From assembly GCF_009914755.1 (NCBI RefSeq), contig NC_060933.1: a stretch of DNA of 64,000 bases, one strand, 5' to 3'. Position numbers and translations under genes: made by a program. Of this stretch, positions 13,601-27,075 are shown in pieces. The notes below the pieces were generated by a model. It made no database searches, was not told the DNA's origin, and saw only the letters and a program-made list of their open reading frames with translations. Position 1 is the first letter of the stretch; every line of letters begins with the position of its first letter. The stretch is from the human T2T-CHM13v2.0 reference genome, Homo sapiens.

Positions 13601-16600
13601 GGATTCACTGATTTTTTTGAAGGGACTTTCATGTCTCTATCTCCTTCAGCTCTGCTCTGATCTTCATTATTTCTTGTCTTCTAGCTTTTGAATTTGTTTG
13701 CTCTTGCTTGTCTAGTTCTTTTAATTGTGATGTTAGGGTGTCGATTTTAGATCTTTCCTGCTTTCTCCTTTGGGCATTTAGTGCTATACATTTCCCTCTA
13801 ATGCTGCTTTGGCTGTGTCCCAGAGATTCTGGTACATTGTGTCTTTGTTCTCATTGGTTTCAAAACACATCTTTATTTCTGCTTTCATTTTGTTGTTTTC
13901 CCAGTAGTCATTCAGGAGCGGGTTGTTCAGTTTCCATGTAGTTGTGCAGTTTTGAGTGGGTTTCCTAATCCTGAGTCCTAATTTGATTGCACTGTGGTCT
14001 GAAAGACTGTTTGTTATGATTTCTGTTCTTTTGCATTTACTGAGGAGTGTTTTACTTCCAATTATGTGGTCAATTTTAGAATAAGTGCGATGTGTTGCTG
14101 AGAAGAATGTATATTCTCCTGATTTGGGGTGGAGAGTTCTGTAGATATCTATTAGGTCCGCTTGGTCCAGAGCTGAGTTCAAGTCCTGGATATCCTTGTT
14201 AATTTTCTGTCTCATTGATCTAATACTGACAATGGGGTGTTAAAGTCTTCCACTATTACTGTGTGTGAGTCTAAGTCTCTTTGTATGTCTTTAGGAACTT
14301 GCTTTATGAATCTGGGTACTCCTGTATTTGGTGCATATATATTTAGGATAGTTAGCTCTTCTTGTTGCATTGATCCCTTTACCATTATGTAATGGCCTTC
14401 TTTGTCTGTTTTGATCTTTGTTGGTTTAAAGTCTGTTTTATCAGAGACTAGGATTGCAACCCTTGCTTTTTTTTTCTCTTTGCATTTGCTTGGTAAATAT
14501 TCCTCCATCTTTTTATTTTGAGCCTATGTGTGTCTTTGCATGTGAGATGAGTCTCCTGAATACAGCACACTGATGGGTCTTGACTCTATCCAATTTGCCA
14601 GTCTGTGTCTTTTAATTGGGGCATTTAGCCCGTTTACATTTAAGATTAATATTGTTATTTGATTCTGTCATTATGTGAATTTGATTCTGTCATTGTGTGA
14701 ATTTGATTCTGTCATTATGATGGTAGCTGGTTATTGTGGCTGTTACTTGATGTAGTTTCTTCATAGTGTTGATGTTCTTTACAATTTGGTATGTATTTGC
14801 AGTAGCTGGTACTGGTTTTTCCTTTCCATATTTAGTGCTTCCTTCAGGAGCTCTTGTAGGGCAAGCCTGGTGGTGACAAAATCCTTCAGCATTTGCTTGT
14901 CTGTAAAGGATTTTAATTCTCCTTCACTTATGAAGCTTAGTTTGGCTGGATATGAAATTCTGGGTTGAAAATTCTTTTCTTTAAGAATGTTGCATATTGG
15001 TCCCTACTCTCTTCTGGCTTGTAGGGTTTCTGCAGAGAGATCCACTGTTAGTCTGATGGGCTTCCCTTTCTAAGAAACCTGACCTTTCTCTGTGGCTGCC
15101 TTTAACATTTTTTCTTTCATTTCAACCTTGGAGAATCTGATGATTATGTGTCTTCATGTTGCTCTTCTCATGGAGTATCTTAGTGGTGTTTTCTGTATTT
15201 CCTGAATTTGAATGTTGGCCTGTCTTGCTAGGTTGGGGAAGTTCTCCTGGATAATACCATGAAGTATGTTTTCCAACTTGGTTCCATTCTTCCCCTCACT
15301 TTCAGGTACACCAATCAGTCATAGATTTGGTCTTTTCACATAGTCCCATATTTCTTGGAGGCTTTGATCATCTTTTTCATTTTTTTTCTCTAATCTTGTC
15401 TTTATGCCTTATTTCAGTAAGTTGATCCTCAATTTCTGATATTCTTTCTTCTGCTTGATTGATTTGGCTATTGATACTTGTGTATGCTTCACAGAGTTCT
15501 CATGCTGTGTTTTTCAGCTCCATCAGGTCATTTATGTTCTTCTTTAAACTGGTTATTCTAGTTAGCAGTTCCTGTAACCTTTTATCAAGGTTCTCGGCTT
15601 CCTTGCATTGGGTTAGAACATGCTCCTTTACCTCAGAGGAATTTATTACCTATCTTCTGAAGCCGACTTTTGTCAATTTGTCAAACTCATTCTCCATCCA
15701 GTTTTGTGCCCTTGCTGGAGAAGAGTTCTGATCATTTAGAGAAGAAGCAGCATTGTGATTTTTGGAATTTTCAGCATTTTTGTGCTGGTTTTTACTCATC
15801 TTCATGGATTTCTCTACCTTTGATATTTGAAGTTGATGACTTTTGGATGGGGATTTTGTGTGGGGGTCCTTTGTGTTGATGTTGATATTATTGTTTTCTG
15901 TCTGTTAGTTTTTCTTCTAACAGTCAGGCCCCTCTTCTGCAGGTCTGCTGCAGTTTGCTGGAGATCCATTCCAGACCCTGTTTGCCTGGGCATCATCATT
16001 GGAGGCAGCAGAACAGCAAAGATTGCTGCCTGCTCCTTTCTCTGGAAGCTTTGTCCCAGAGGGCCACCTGCCAGATGCCAGCCAGAGCTCTCCTGTAAGA
16101 GGTGTCTGTCGGTCCCTGCTGGGAGGTCTCTTCCAGTCAGGAGGCATGGGAGTCAGGGACCCACTTGAGAAGGTAGTCTGTCCCTTAGCAGAGCTTGGGC
16201 ACTGTGCTGGGAGAATCCTCCCTGTCAGGATCCACTGTTCTCTTCAGAGCCGGCAGGGAGGGACATTTAAGTCCACTGAAGCTGCACCCACAGCTACCCC
16301 TTCCCCCAGGGGCTCTGTCCCAGGGAGATGGGAATTTTATCTATAAGCTGCTGCCTTTCTTTCAGAGATCCTGCCCAGTGAGGAGTGATCTAGGGAGGCA
16401 GTCTGGCCACAACCGCTTTGCCACACTGTGGTGAGTTCTGCCCAGTCTGAACTTCCTGGTCTCCTTAGCACTGTCCGGGAAAAACTGCCTACACAAGCCT
16501 CAGTAATGACGGATGCTCCTCTCACACCAAACTCCATCATCCCAGGTCAACATCAGACTGCTATGCTGGCATTGAGAATTTCAAGCCAGTGTTTCTTAGC

Positions 16601-16805
16601 TTGCTGGGTTCCATGGGAGTGGGACCCACTGAGTGAGACCACTTGGCTCCCTGGCTTCAGCTCCCTTTCCAGGAAAGTGAACGGTTCTGTCCTGCTGGGG
16701 TTCTAGGCACCACTCAGTTGGAAATGCAAAAATCACTCGTCTTCTGCATAGGTCTTGCTAGGAGCTGCAGACCAGAGCTGTTCCTATTTGGCCATCTTGC
16801 CAGAT
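10664..16805 (-). mobile_element. Full-length decayed L1 (L1PA7/8-like) with a spliced 5'UTR
   Basis: Poly-T, 3'UTR, fragmented ORF2 (FADD in 12314-12679 ORF) and ORF1, 5' end ggcaagatggccaaatagg; TSD not confidently resolved. Confidence 0.93.
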
Positions 16806-17424
16806 TTCAATATACGCTTTTTGTTGAGTTCTTATTGTTTATATTCCTTTACAAGTTGTTTTTTTTTCTTTAGCTCACAACTAACATTACGATAGTTGTA
16901 TTATTTTCATAACTAGCCTAGTATTTGCTTTATATTTATATGTTTTTTAAATCCTAAAAAGTATTCTATATTTATTCACATATTTCCCCATTCATCTTCA
17001 TTCCTTTCTACATTTCCATGTTTATCTCTTGAATTATTTTCTTTTGTGGGAAGTGTTTTTCTTTTGCTAGAATAATTTTCTTCTGTATCTAGCTTTTTAT
17101 TTTTGTTTTGTTTCATTTTATTTTTGGTGCATGTCTGCTGCTGATTTCTTTCAGTTTTTGTTTGTCTGGGAATGTCTTTTTCCTTTACATTTGAAGGATA
17201 GTTTTTCTGGGAATAGAATTCTAGGTGAACAATTATTTCCTTAACAGCCATTTATTTAAAGATGTAATTCAACTGAATTCTGGCTTCCATCATATCTATT
17301 GAGAAGTCAGATGTCAGTCCTAAAATTGTTTTTTGTTTTTGTTTTTATTTTGAAAGTACTATTTTCCTCTGGGTGCATTTAATATTTTCTCCTCATGTTT
17401 GATTTTCAGCATTTTAGTATGATA

Positions 17425-17843
17425 TGTATTTGTCCACTTTGCATTGTTATAAAGGAATATCTGAGATGAGAATTTATAAAGAAAAGTGTTTTATTTGGCT
17501 CATGGTTCTGCAGGCTCTAACAGCATAGCACCAACATGAGCTCAGCTTCTGGTGAAGTCTCAGGAAGATTTTACTTGTAGCGGAAGGCAAACGCAGAGCA
17601 GGCATGTCAACATGGTGAGACAGAGCAAGAGGGAGGCAGGAAGGAGGTGCTAGGCTCTTTAAACAACCAGTTCTTACGTGAACTAATAGAGCAAAAACTC
17701 ACTAATCATGAAGGGGATGGCACCAAGCCATTCATGAGGGATCCACTCCCATGACCCAAACATCTCCCACTAGGTCACACCTCCAACATTGGGGATCACA
17801 TTTCAACATGAGATTTCAGAGGACAAATATCCAAACTATATCA
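17425..17843 (-). mobile_element. MSTA/B-type MaLR solo LTR
   Basis: tgtatt.gtcc..ttgcattg.tataaaggaata...ggacaaatatccaaactatatca. Confidence 0.82.
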
Positions 17844-19368
17844 ACATGCATGTGTGTAGTCTTCTTTGTAGTTATTCTGCTTGGGTTTCATTAAATTTCT
17901 TTAAACTTTGAGCTGAGATCTTTCAATAGTTTTCAAAATTTCTTGATCTTTATCTTGTCAAATATTGCCCCTGCCTAACTGTCTCTCCTATCTTTCTGAG
18001 ACTCCAATTATATGTACATTAAAAGTTCTTACTATGTATTATATATCCTTCATGCTCTCTTACAAATATTTTCTTTCTTTTTGTTCTCAGTTCTTTAGTT
18101 TGGGTATTTTCTGTTGGCCAATTAAAAAATTTTTTTTGAATCTTAGCGATGTTCAGTATGTTATTAAACCCATTAACTGATTTTTAATTTCTGTAATTCT
18201 ATTTTTCAATTCTAGAATTTCCATTTGTTCATTTTTAAATAGTTTTGAGATGGAATTTGCATTCCAAATAATTCATTTTTTAAAGTATATAATTCATTGG
18301 TTTTAAATATACTCATGAAGCTGTGTAATGCTTATCACTATCTAATTCTAGAACATTTTTTATCACCTCAAAAGAAACTCCATACCCATTAGTAGTCACT
18401 CCCATTCCCTTTTCCTATCTCTTCCCTCTTTACCCCACCCCCAGAAAACTACTAATCTACTTTCTGTCTATATAGATTTGCCCATCTAGACCTTTCATAC
18501 AAATCAGATCATACAATATGTGGTCTTCTGTATCTGGCTTCTTTCACTAAGACAAGGTTTTCAAGGTTTATAAATTTATCAATTGATGAACATTTGGATT
18601 GCTTTCATTTTTTGGCTACTATAATAATGATGCTATTTTATTTGTGAACAACTTTTTCTGTGGACATATGTTTTCATTTTCTTTAAGGTATAAACCAGGG
18701 AGTGGAACTGTTGGATCATATGGTAACTCTACACTTAACTATTTAATAATTGCCAGACTTTTTCAAAGTGGCTGTACCATTTTACATTCCCACTAGCAGT
18801 GTATTAGGGTTTCAGTTTCTCCATATCCTTGTCAACATTTCTCACTTTCTCTTTTTTATTATAGTCATCCCAAGTGGGAGGTGGCATCTCATGTCTATTT
18901 TGTCTGATATTATTGTAGCCACTCCAGTTCTTTTTTGGGAACTGCATGAATGGTATATCATTTTCCAATCTTTCAGTTGCAACTTATTTGTATATTTGAA
19001 TCTAAAGTGTGTCTCTTGGAGACAACATATAGTTGGATCATTTTTTCAATTCATTCTACCAGTCTCTACCATTTGATCAGAGTGTTAACAATTACGATTT
19101 ACAATTAACATAATTATTAATAAGGTAGAATTTATGTTTGCATTTTGGCATTTGTTTTCTGTATGTATTACATCTTCTTTTTGTTCCTTTATTCTATTAC
19201 TGTTTTTCATGTTAAATAGATATTTTCTAATATACCATTTTAATTCTTGTTTTATTTTACTATATATTTCTAAGTTATTTTCTTAGTGGTTGCCCTAGGG
19301 ATTTCAATTAACATCTTTAAAAAATATTTTTACAAGTAATTTTTTAAAATGTTATTATTCCCCAAAGA

Positions 19369-19545
19369 GGGTGCACCATTCCTGGAGGTACTGCAATACC
19401 TGGAGTGGACAGAGTAAGCTCCTATCCCATCTCCCTGCTCCAAAAACCCATTTAATATAGTATCCTCAGATAGAGGACATATCAGATATTAAACTTATAA
19501 GAACAGATACTACACTTGATCTTAGCCAAAACACTGAGAGGTGAT
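19369..19545 (-). pseudogene. RNU2-5P: U2 snRNA pseudogene
   Basis: Reverse complement matches U2 end to end (TTTTGGCTAAGATCAAGTGTAGTATCTGTTCTT...GGTGCACCC); 11-nt deletion at 19400/19401; Sm site ATTTTTG>GTTTTTG. Locus number is from memory. Confidence 0.92.
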
Positions 19546-19554
19546 CAAAACAAT

Positions 19555-19557
<3 letters not shown>

Positions 19558-19592
<35 letters not shown>

Positions 19593-19707
19593 AGAAGTGG
19601 GGTCTCACATGCTGTCCAGGCTAGTCTCAAACTCCTGGGCTCAAGCCATCCTCTCACCTCGGCCTCCCAAAGTGCTGGGATTCAGGCATGAGCCACCACT
19701 CCCGGCC
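19558..19707 (-). mobile_element. Alu left monomer (FLAM-like) with long poly-A
   Basis: T31 followed by one reverse Alu arm ending cccggcc. Confidence 0.88.
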
Positions 19708-22700
19708 CTCAATTAATAACTTGACTTAAGATAATCTAGTTCATATTAACTTAATTTCATAGCATACAAAAACTATGCTTCATTTCTTCCTTCCATTATT
19801 CTATCATGAATATGGCACCTTTTTGTGTTATAAGCCCATTGACACAGTTTTATAATTATTGCTTTATGCAGTTGGTTGTCTTTTAAATCAGAAGATAAGA
19901 GAAATAAAAATATACTTATTCTGTTCTTTATATTTACCTACACAGTTATCTTTATTGGTACTTTTTATTTCTTCATACAAGTTTGAGTTACTATCTAGTA
20001 CACTTTGCTTTTAGCCTGAAGGACTTCCTTTAGTAGCTAGTGATGAATTTAGTTTTATTTATTTGAGAGTGTCCTAAGTTCCCTTTTGTTTTTGAAGGGT
20101 AGATTTCCTGCATATAGAATTCTTAGTTTTCTTTCAACACTTTTATATATGTCATCTCACTATCTTCTGGCCTTTACAGTTTCTGATGAGGAGTTAGCTG
20201 TTAATCTTATTGAGGTTCTCTTGTATATAATGAGTCACTTTTCTCTTGCTTTCAAGATTCTCATCCTGAAGTCAGCTGATTAGCAAAGAAAAAATTTTAT
20301 TAATTAAAAAGATTTGCTCATTGTCTTTGGCTTGTAACAGTTAAATGTAATTTTTCTAGTAGTGACTCCTTGAATTTTCCTAGTTGAAGTTCTTTGACTT
20401 TCTTGAATGTATAGACTTATATTTTTAAAAATCAGGTTTGAAAAGGTTTTGGCTATTAATTTTTCAAATGTTCTTTCTTCCCCTTTCTCTCTCTCTTCCT
20501 TTTGGGACTTCCACTATGCATATGTTGGTACACTTGATGGTGTGTCTCACAGGTCTCTGAGTCTCTGTTCATTTTTTCTTTTATCTTTTTTTTCTTTATG
20601 TTCTTCAGATTGGATAATCTCATTGACCTGCCTTCAAGTTTAGTGATTCTTTCTTCTGCTAGTTCCAATCTGCTGCTGGGCCCTCTCATGAATATTTTAT
20701 TTCATTATATTTTTCAAATCTGTAATTCGTACATGGTTCTTACTTATAATTTGTAGTATTATTAATGATACTCTCTATGCATTGAGTCATCATTCTCATA
20801 CTTTATTTAGAAATGGCTTTCATTAATTCTTTAAACATATTTGTAATAGTTGACTTAAAGTCTTTGTATAGTAAGTCCAATGTCTTGACTTCCTCAGGGA
20901 TAACTTCTATTGACTGCTTTTTATCCTGTGTATGGGCAATAGTTTCCTATTTCTTTGTGTGTCTCATAATTTTTGCTGAAAACTGGACATTTTGAATAAT
21001 ACAGTTTTACAGATTCTTCTTCTCCCCATAGTTTTTTTGTTATTGCTGTTTGTTGTTTTTGTTTTTGTTGTCATTGTTGCTGTATGTTTGCTTAGTGACT
21101 TTCCTAGACTAATTCTGTAGTCTATATTCTTTGTTGTGTATGGCTCTGCTCTGTTAGCTTAACAGTCAACTAATTATTGAACAGAGATTTTCCTTAAATG
21201 CCTTAAACCAACAGATCCCCCAGAACACAGCAGGTTCTGTGTTTGTGTTGGGTCATGTCTTCAGTGCTCTAGCGGGAAGTTTACAACTTTGCCTTAGCCT
21301 CCATTTCTTGCTCATGAAGAGCCTAAAGGTCAGCCAGAGGTGACAGATTAGGAGTTTCTCAGTTTTTTTTTTTTTTTCTGGGGATGTGTACAGCTCTTTA
21401 TATTTACATGGCCTTTCAGATTTCCAGAAATATGTTAGAGCTTTGTAAAGCTCCCTACAGATATCTCATTCCCCAATTTTTTTCTTTTATTTTTGGTCAG
21501 CCTTTTGTTAGCTTCAACTGTCAATGCCACCTCAGGCAGCTGCAATGTTAAACAATTAAACAGTTAACTGATTGTTTTTGATAAATGCCATGTGGATACA
21601 GTTGTTCATATAGAATAAGATTTACTTCAATCAGGTTAAATAAAGGCAAGCCCTGAGAATGAAGCTTTTCAGAAGCTGCTAAACAGGTTAAATAATGCCA
21701 GTTCTCTAGAGATGGGGCTTTTAGGGAGCTCCAAATCTGTTCTGTATCTTGCACTGGCTGCTAAGCTACTGCTTTTTAAAACAGATAGTTATAAAGCTCT
21801 TGGCTTTCACATCTTTTGTAGAGTATAAGAGATGGAGATGGAATTAGGGCAAGAAAAAAGGTCACTGTTCTTAGCAAAATTCAGTCATTTTTAGGAGGTT
21901 TAGTCAGGTTTAGGAGCCTGACTGAAGTTCAGTCAAGCAAAGAGTGCTTGGGAAAAGCACTCTTGGATTGTGAAAAGCCTTTGATTAATTCCCAGAATTC
22001 TGAAAAAGTTTATTGTGACAGTTTTTTTGCAAGTGTTCTCATTGCTTTTATGGAGAAGATTTTCAGAAGTCCTTACTCCACCATTTCAAAGGTTCCATAT
22101 TCCTCCCTGATTTTTTTGCTTTTGAACAGATTTGAGTTTGTTGGTGTAACTGTTTTATCTATTTTTTTAAACATATAATTAAATGCTCATATTATTGAAT
22201 TATTAATCATAATTATTTACAGTACTTGTGTGATAACTCCATATGTGGGCCACTTGTGGTTCTGTTTCTGTCATCTGTTACCCCCACCCCCATCCCCTCT
22301 GGTCCTGTTTCTTGATAATATCAGGTGAATTTGACTGAATAATGGACTTGTCAGTGAAAAATTATAGAATCCTGGGGTGATGGTATTTCCCACTAGAGAG
22401 AGTTCAACCTGTTCTCCAGTAGACAACTAGAATAGAGCAAGTCACCTCAGTCCAATCAGAACTAAGCTAACCTGAGGTAGTGTTGTAGTTCTGTTTTGCT
22501 AGCCTACTTCTGCTTCTACCCTAAACCTAGGATATACCCTCCAAAAATATACTCTCGGATTTAACTAGGGACTCTCCTCCTTAGTATGTACTAAACTTCA
22601 ATTTTTGCCTCTTCAGCTGATGAGATTGCTGAAAATCCCACTTTGTTTTGCATTTGGCTTCTTGTCCTCTTACTCTCCGTAATTTAAGAATTTCACAAAT

Positions 22701-23476
22701 GCCTTAGAAGATTGCCAAGTGATGGGATCACTTTTTCATACCTCCCTTTTCTCAGAAAACTTGTCCCTGAATGTTTTGTCTGCTTTGGTAGCCCTGAAAT
22801 TCGGTTATTGCCTTCCCAACCCAGTGAGATCTGTTGGTTTCTCTGCCACTTGGCAGCTGTTCTCTGAATAGCATCTAAACTGAAACAGGCAAGTCCCCCA
22901 AGGTGGAAAGCATCTTGAAGAATACTAAGCTCATTTCACTGACCTTCCATTTTTTCTTAGATCTTGATCCCTCATGTCCTTGCTGTTTGGAAATCTCTCT
23001 GATAACTTCAAAACAGGTGTTTTCTTTAAAAAAAATGGTCTTTTTTTCTAATTTTTCTCAGCAGAGTACAGCTCTGCTACAAGTTACTTAACAGAGACAG
23101 AGGGGATGTCTTTGGTATTTTATTTTTCAGTATTATTTATTTAAGAACATGATTATTATACTCAAAATATACTCTTTCTTCTGCACTGCAAGCCAACCAG
23201 TCATAGTGCTCTGAATGATATATTTGTGTGTCTGGCCTCTTACAACATATTCTTCTGTTGATATGTTCTGACTGTTCTGCCCAAGGCCCTGCTGTATCTA
23301 AGATTACCTTATTCCACGGTATGCTGCTCTTTGACAAGGGGTAGGAGGGGAAGAGTATAAAAATTTATATTTATATTGCCTTTGGCTTTAAACTGCCTAA
23401 GAGACCATGGAATTTTCTACTTCTTTCCCTTTATAAGTCCTCATCTTGAGTAATAAATATTGGTGACATCCAACTA

Positions 23477-23952
23477 TGTTAAAGAAAAAATTATGTAATG
23501 ATACTTGTTAAAGCACAGTAAGGCAGGCTTGATTCAGTACCATTTTGATAGTTACAGGGACCACTGCAACGGGATTTTGCAGTAGGGAAGAGAGGTTGGG
23601 CTCAACTTTGAATAAAGTGCAGGCAAGTGGGAATTTATAGTCAAATAGTTGGTTGAAGGTCAGTGAATGAAAAATGACTAACAAGTAACATCAAGGGCGA
23701 GGGAGGTTCTGGCTAAACCAGCCTAACAGGATTCTTGCTGAGGACAGGCATGGTGATTAGACATCACCTGGAGGATGATGGAGGATGAGGACCCTTACAT
23801 TGAGGGTGATCAGATATTGAGGGTGGGGGGTTCTTGCTAAACTAACTTATTAGGGTTCCTGCTAACACTGGATTTTACAAGTAAGTACAAAGATAGGCCT
23901 AGGAGAAGGTTTAGGAGCCTGACTGAAGTTCAGTCAAGCAAAGACTCTGTCA
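23477..23952 (-). mobile_element. ERV1-class solo LTR (MER31-like)
   Basis: tgttaaagaaaaaatta...ctctgtca, TG/CA ends, acta/acca flanks. Confidence 0.65.
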
Positions 23953-25066
23953 ACCATCACAGGAATAAAGTAATTTACTTGTCTTTTTTGTTCAGTTATC
24001 AGAGAAACCACTTTGATAATCACCTAAAGGTTTTTTGGAAAGTAATCTATATTATAAACGTAGTATTGCTTACACTGATGTCACTGAAATTTCTTTTCCA
24101 TGGAGGATATATTCTAAAATAATAAGAAAATTTTAATTGACTCAAGTTCATAGATCTGGAGGTAGATCGGATCTTCTAGATCAGCTAAGGCAGCATACGC
24201 ATTTAAAATATTAAAACACTGAATAAAACCCATTCAAGGGAGTATTAACTATTGTCTGCTTGGATCCTGAGATAGCAACAAGAAGCTTGCCTGTAATTAG
24301 ATGTACAATTTAAGCAATGATCATATTACATTTGAAAAGGAGACCTCCTATAGCCTGTCTTGCTCATTTATTGCATTTAGTCCTAACAACCTTTTCTGTG
24401 TCTCCTTTTCATATATAAGGCAATAAAGTAATACTGGGATACCAAAATGGCTGAACTTTCTTTGCTATACATTAGTAAAGTAATAAACTCAAAGACTTGG
24501 CTAGGAGCACAGTATTTTTCTCCTTGATGACCACAGGGTATTTGTTTGGTATTGGTGGTAACAAGATTCTTTTTGAATGAATGCGGTGCACTCTGGGACT
24601 TTCTGAAGATATACCTGTATTTGTAGATTGAATTCTGCCTTTTTACTTCCCATTCTTAAAGCCTGTCATCTATACTTGAAACAACATATACAGGGAGGAA
24701 AAATAAAGGGGAGAGGCCTACAAAGCTGTTTTACAGATAGCTACATTAGCTGGTCAGTCAATATGGATCCATTAAATAAAAAGAGAAGCTCAGAAAAGTC
24801 ACACTATAAATATGTCAGTTTATTTTGTGTCTATCAGAATCAATACATCATCATATGTAGCAATTCCAAGGGAGCTATAGTTCCTGACTTACTAACTGGT
24901 GATGCAATAAACCTTTCCAAATTCTACAGTACAGCATGGTATGGAAAGACCAAACAATGAGCTGCCTCTGCCATTTGCTGCCTGCATAACCTGGGGAATA
25001 ATTACATGACTTCGCTGAGCCTCAGTTTCCTTATATGTAAAATAAAGATAACAATCAGTGACCTGC

Positions 25067-25435
25067 TGCTATGATTTGAATGTGTCTCCTCCAAATTTCA
25101 GGTGTTGAAACTTAATGGCCAGTGTAACAGAATTAAGAGACAAGACCCTTAACAGGTGATGATTAGGCAATGAGGGCTCCTCCCTTGTGAATGGGATTGA
25201 GGTCTTTGTAAAAGAGGTTTCACGCAGCATTCGACTCTCTTGCCTTTATGCCATCCACCATGTGAAGACATAGCGTTCCTCCCCTCTGGAAGATGCAGCC
25301 CTTGTTAGACAAGCAAACTTGTTGGCACCTTGATCTTGGACTTACCAGCCTCCAAAACTGTAAGAAATAAATTTCTGTTCTTTATACATTACCTAATCTT
25401 AGGTATTTTGCTATAGTAGCATAAACAGACTCACA
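25067..25435 (+). mobile_element. MST-type MaLR LTR inserted in a MIR
   Basis: tgctatgatttgaatgtgtc...agaaataaatttctgttc...aacagactcaca; TSD cctgc/tctgc; MIR on both sides. Confidence 0.8.
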
Positions 25436-26716
25436 TCTGCTAATCTCATAGTGTGGCTCTGATGATTAACTGAGATTGTATTTGTGAAAAGAATAATATG
25501 TAAGCTCCACTGAATTGAATGGTATTATTATTTTTACAATTAGTGAATCTTTTACAAATTCTGATGTTTATCTCTGGAGTATTTTCTTGGACTCCTTGTT
25601 TTGTCATTTGTGCTTTTATAAAATAGAAAATTATGACATATGAGTACAAGTAAAATGAGTTAGTAGAAACCAGAAATTCTGTCGGAACCTTAGGCCAGTA
25701 TTACCCAGGTTACATTACATTTACCACCAGGTAATTCAAGTGGTAAGTACATGAGTATTTTTCTAATTTGTTAGTAATATTCACATACAAGAAAAATATA
25801 TAACCAGTACATCAAAACCATTATTTCACAGGTTTACAGCTAGCTGTCTATTTTCAGGCTAATATGAAGTTTCCTATTTGAATAAACGTACTAAAAATGG
25901 AATCTATTTAAAGAAAAACATTAAATGAATAATAGTACAAATATGGACAGGCAAAAAAATATCACAAAAACTTTTGTATGACTAAAGTTTGGGAAACATT
26001 TGTAGAACAAGTCATTCTAGTAGAACAACAATAAAGACCAAAAAGCAAACCAACCAACCAAATCCAGCCGCACCACCTGGCTCCTATTTAATAACATAAT
26101 AAAGGTACGTGTAACAGATGGATAGTGACTTGCATCAAAGTGGGATGGATGCTGCAGGATTTGACAAACTATTTCCTGCCGCCATTTACTTCAGTAGCTC
26201 TATCCTGGCAGAAACAGAAAGTTTTCTGACATAGATGCTACTTACAGTAGTCCCCTCTTATCTGTGATCTTGCTAAGGGCAAAAAGCCGTGGTCTGAAAA
26301 TATTAAATGGAAAATTCCAGAAATAAATAATTCAAAAATTTTAAATTGAGTGCAGTTCTGAGTAGTGTTATGAAATCTCACACTGTCCGGCCCCATCCTT
26401 CTCCATCCTACCCAGCATGCGAATCACCCATTTCACTAGCATCATCCATGCTGTCTATGCTCTCTGACCATGAGTCACTTAATAGCCATCTCCATTATCA
26501 GATGTTCTGGTACCACAGTGCTTGTGTTTGTCACCTTCATTTTACTTCCTAGTGGCCCAAAGCACAAGCATAGTGTTTCTGGCAATTCAGATATGCCAAA
26601 GAGAAACCATAAAGTGCTTCCTTTAAGTGAAAAGGTGAAAGTTCTCGACTTGATAAGGAAAGAAAAAACAATTGTATGCTAAGTTTGCTAAGGACTACAT
26701 TAACAATGCAACCTTC

Positions 26717-27075
26717 TGTATTAGTCTGTTCTCACTCTGCTAATAAAGACATACTTGAGACTGGATAATTTATAAAGGAAAGGAGGTTTAATGGACTCAC
26801 AGTTCCACAAGGCTGGGGAAGCCTAGTAATAATGGCAGAAGATGAAGGAAGTACAAAAGGATTTCTTAACGTGGCGGCAAGGCAAGAGAGCTTGTGCATG
26901 GGAACTCCCATTTATTAAATGAGCAGATCTCATGAGACTTATTCACTACCACCATAACAGTATGGGGGGAACCAATCTCATGATTCAATTCTCTCCACTT
27001 GGCCCCACCTTTGGCACATGGGGATTATTACAGTTCAAGGTGAGATTTGGGTGGGGACACAGCCACACCATATCA
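26717..27075 (-). mobile_element. THE1 solo LTR nested in Tigger7
   Basis: tgtattagtc...ggggacacagccacaccatatca; perfect TSD CCTTC. Confidence 0.9.

Larger units (their letters stand above)
16810..22110 (-). mobile_element. Nested old L1M fragments
   Basis: T-rich degenerate ORF1/3'-end motifs (LEFYSQKNYPS, RLELAEERI in the ORF track), interrupted by an LTR, U2 and an Alu monomer. Confidence 0.65.

Noticed and set aside
19369-19545. Functional U2 gene
   Set aside because: 11-nt deletion, mutated Sm site, and an Alu tail where the PSE promoter should be
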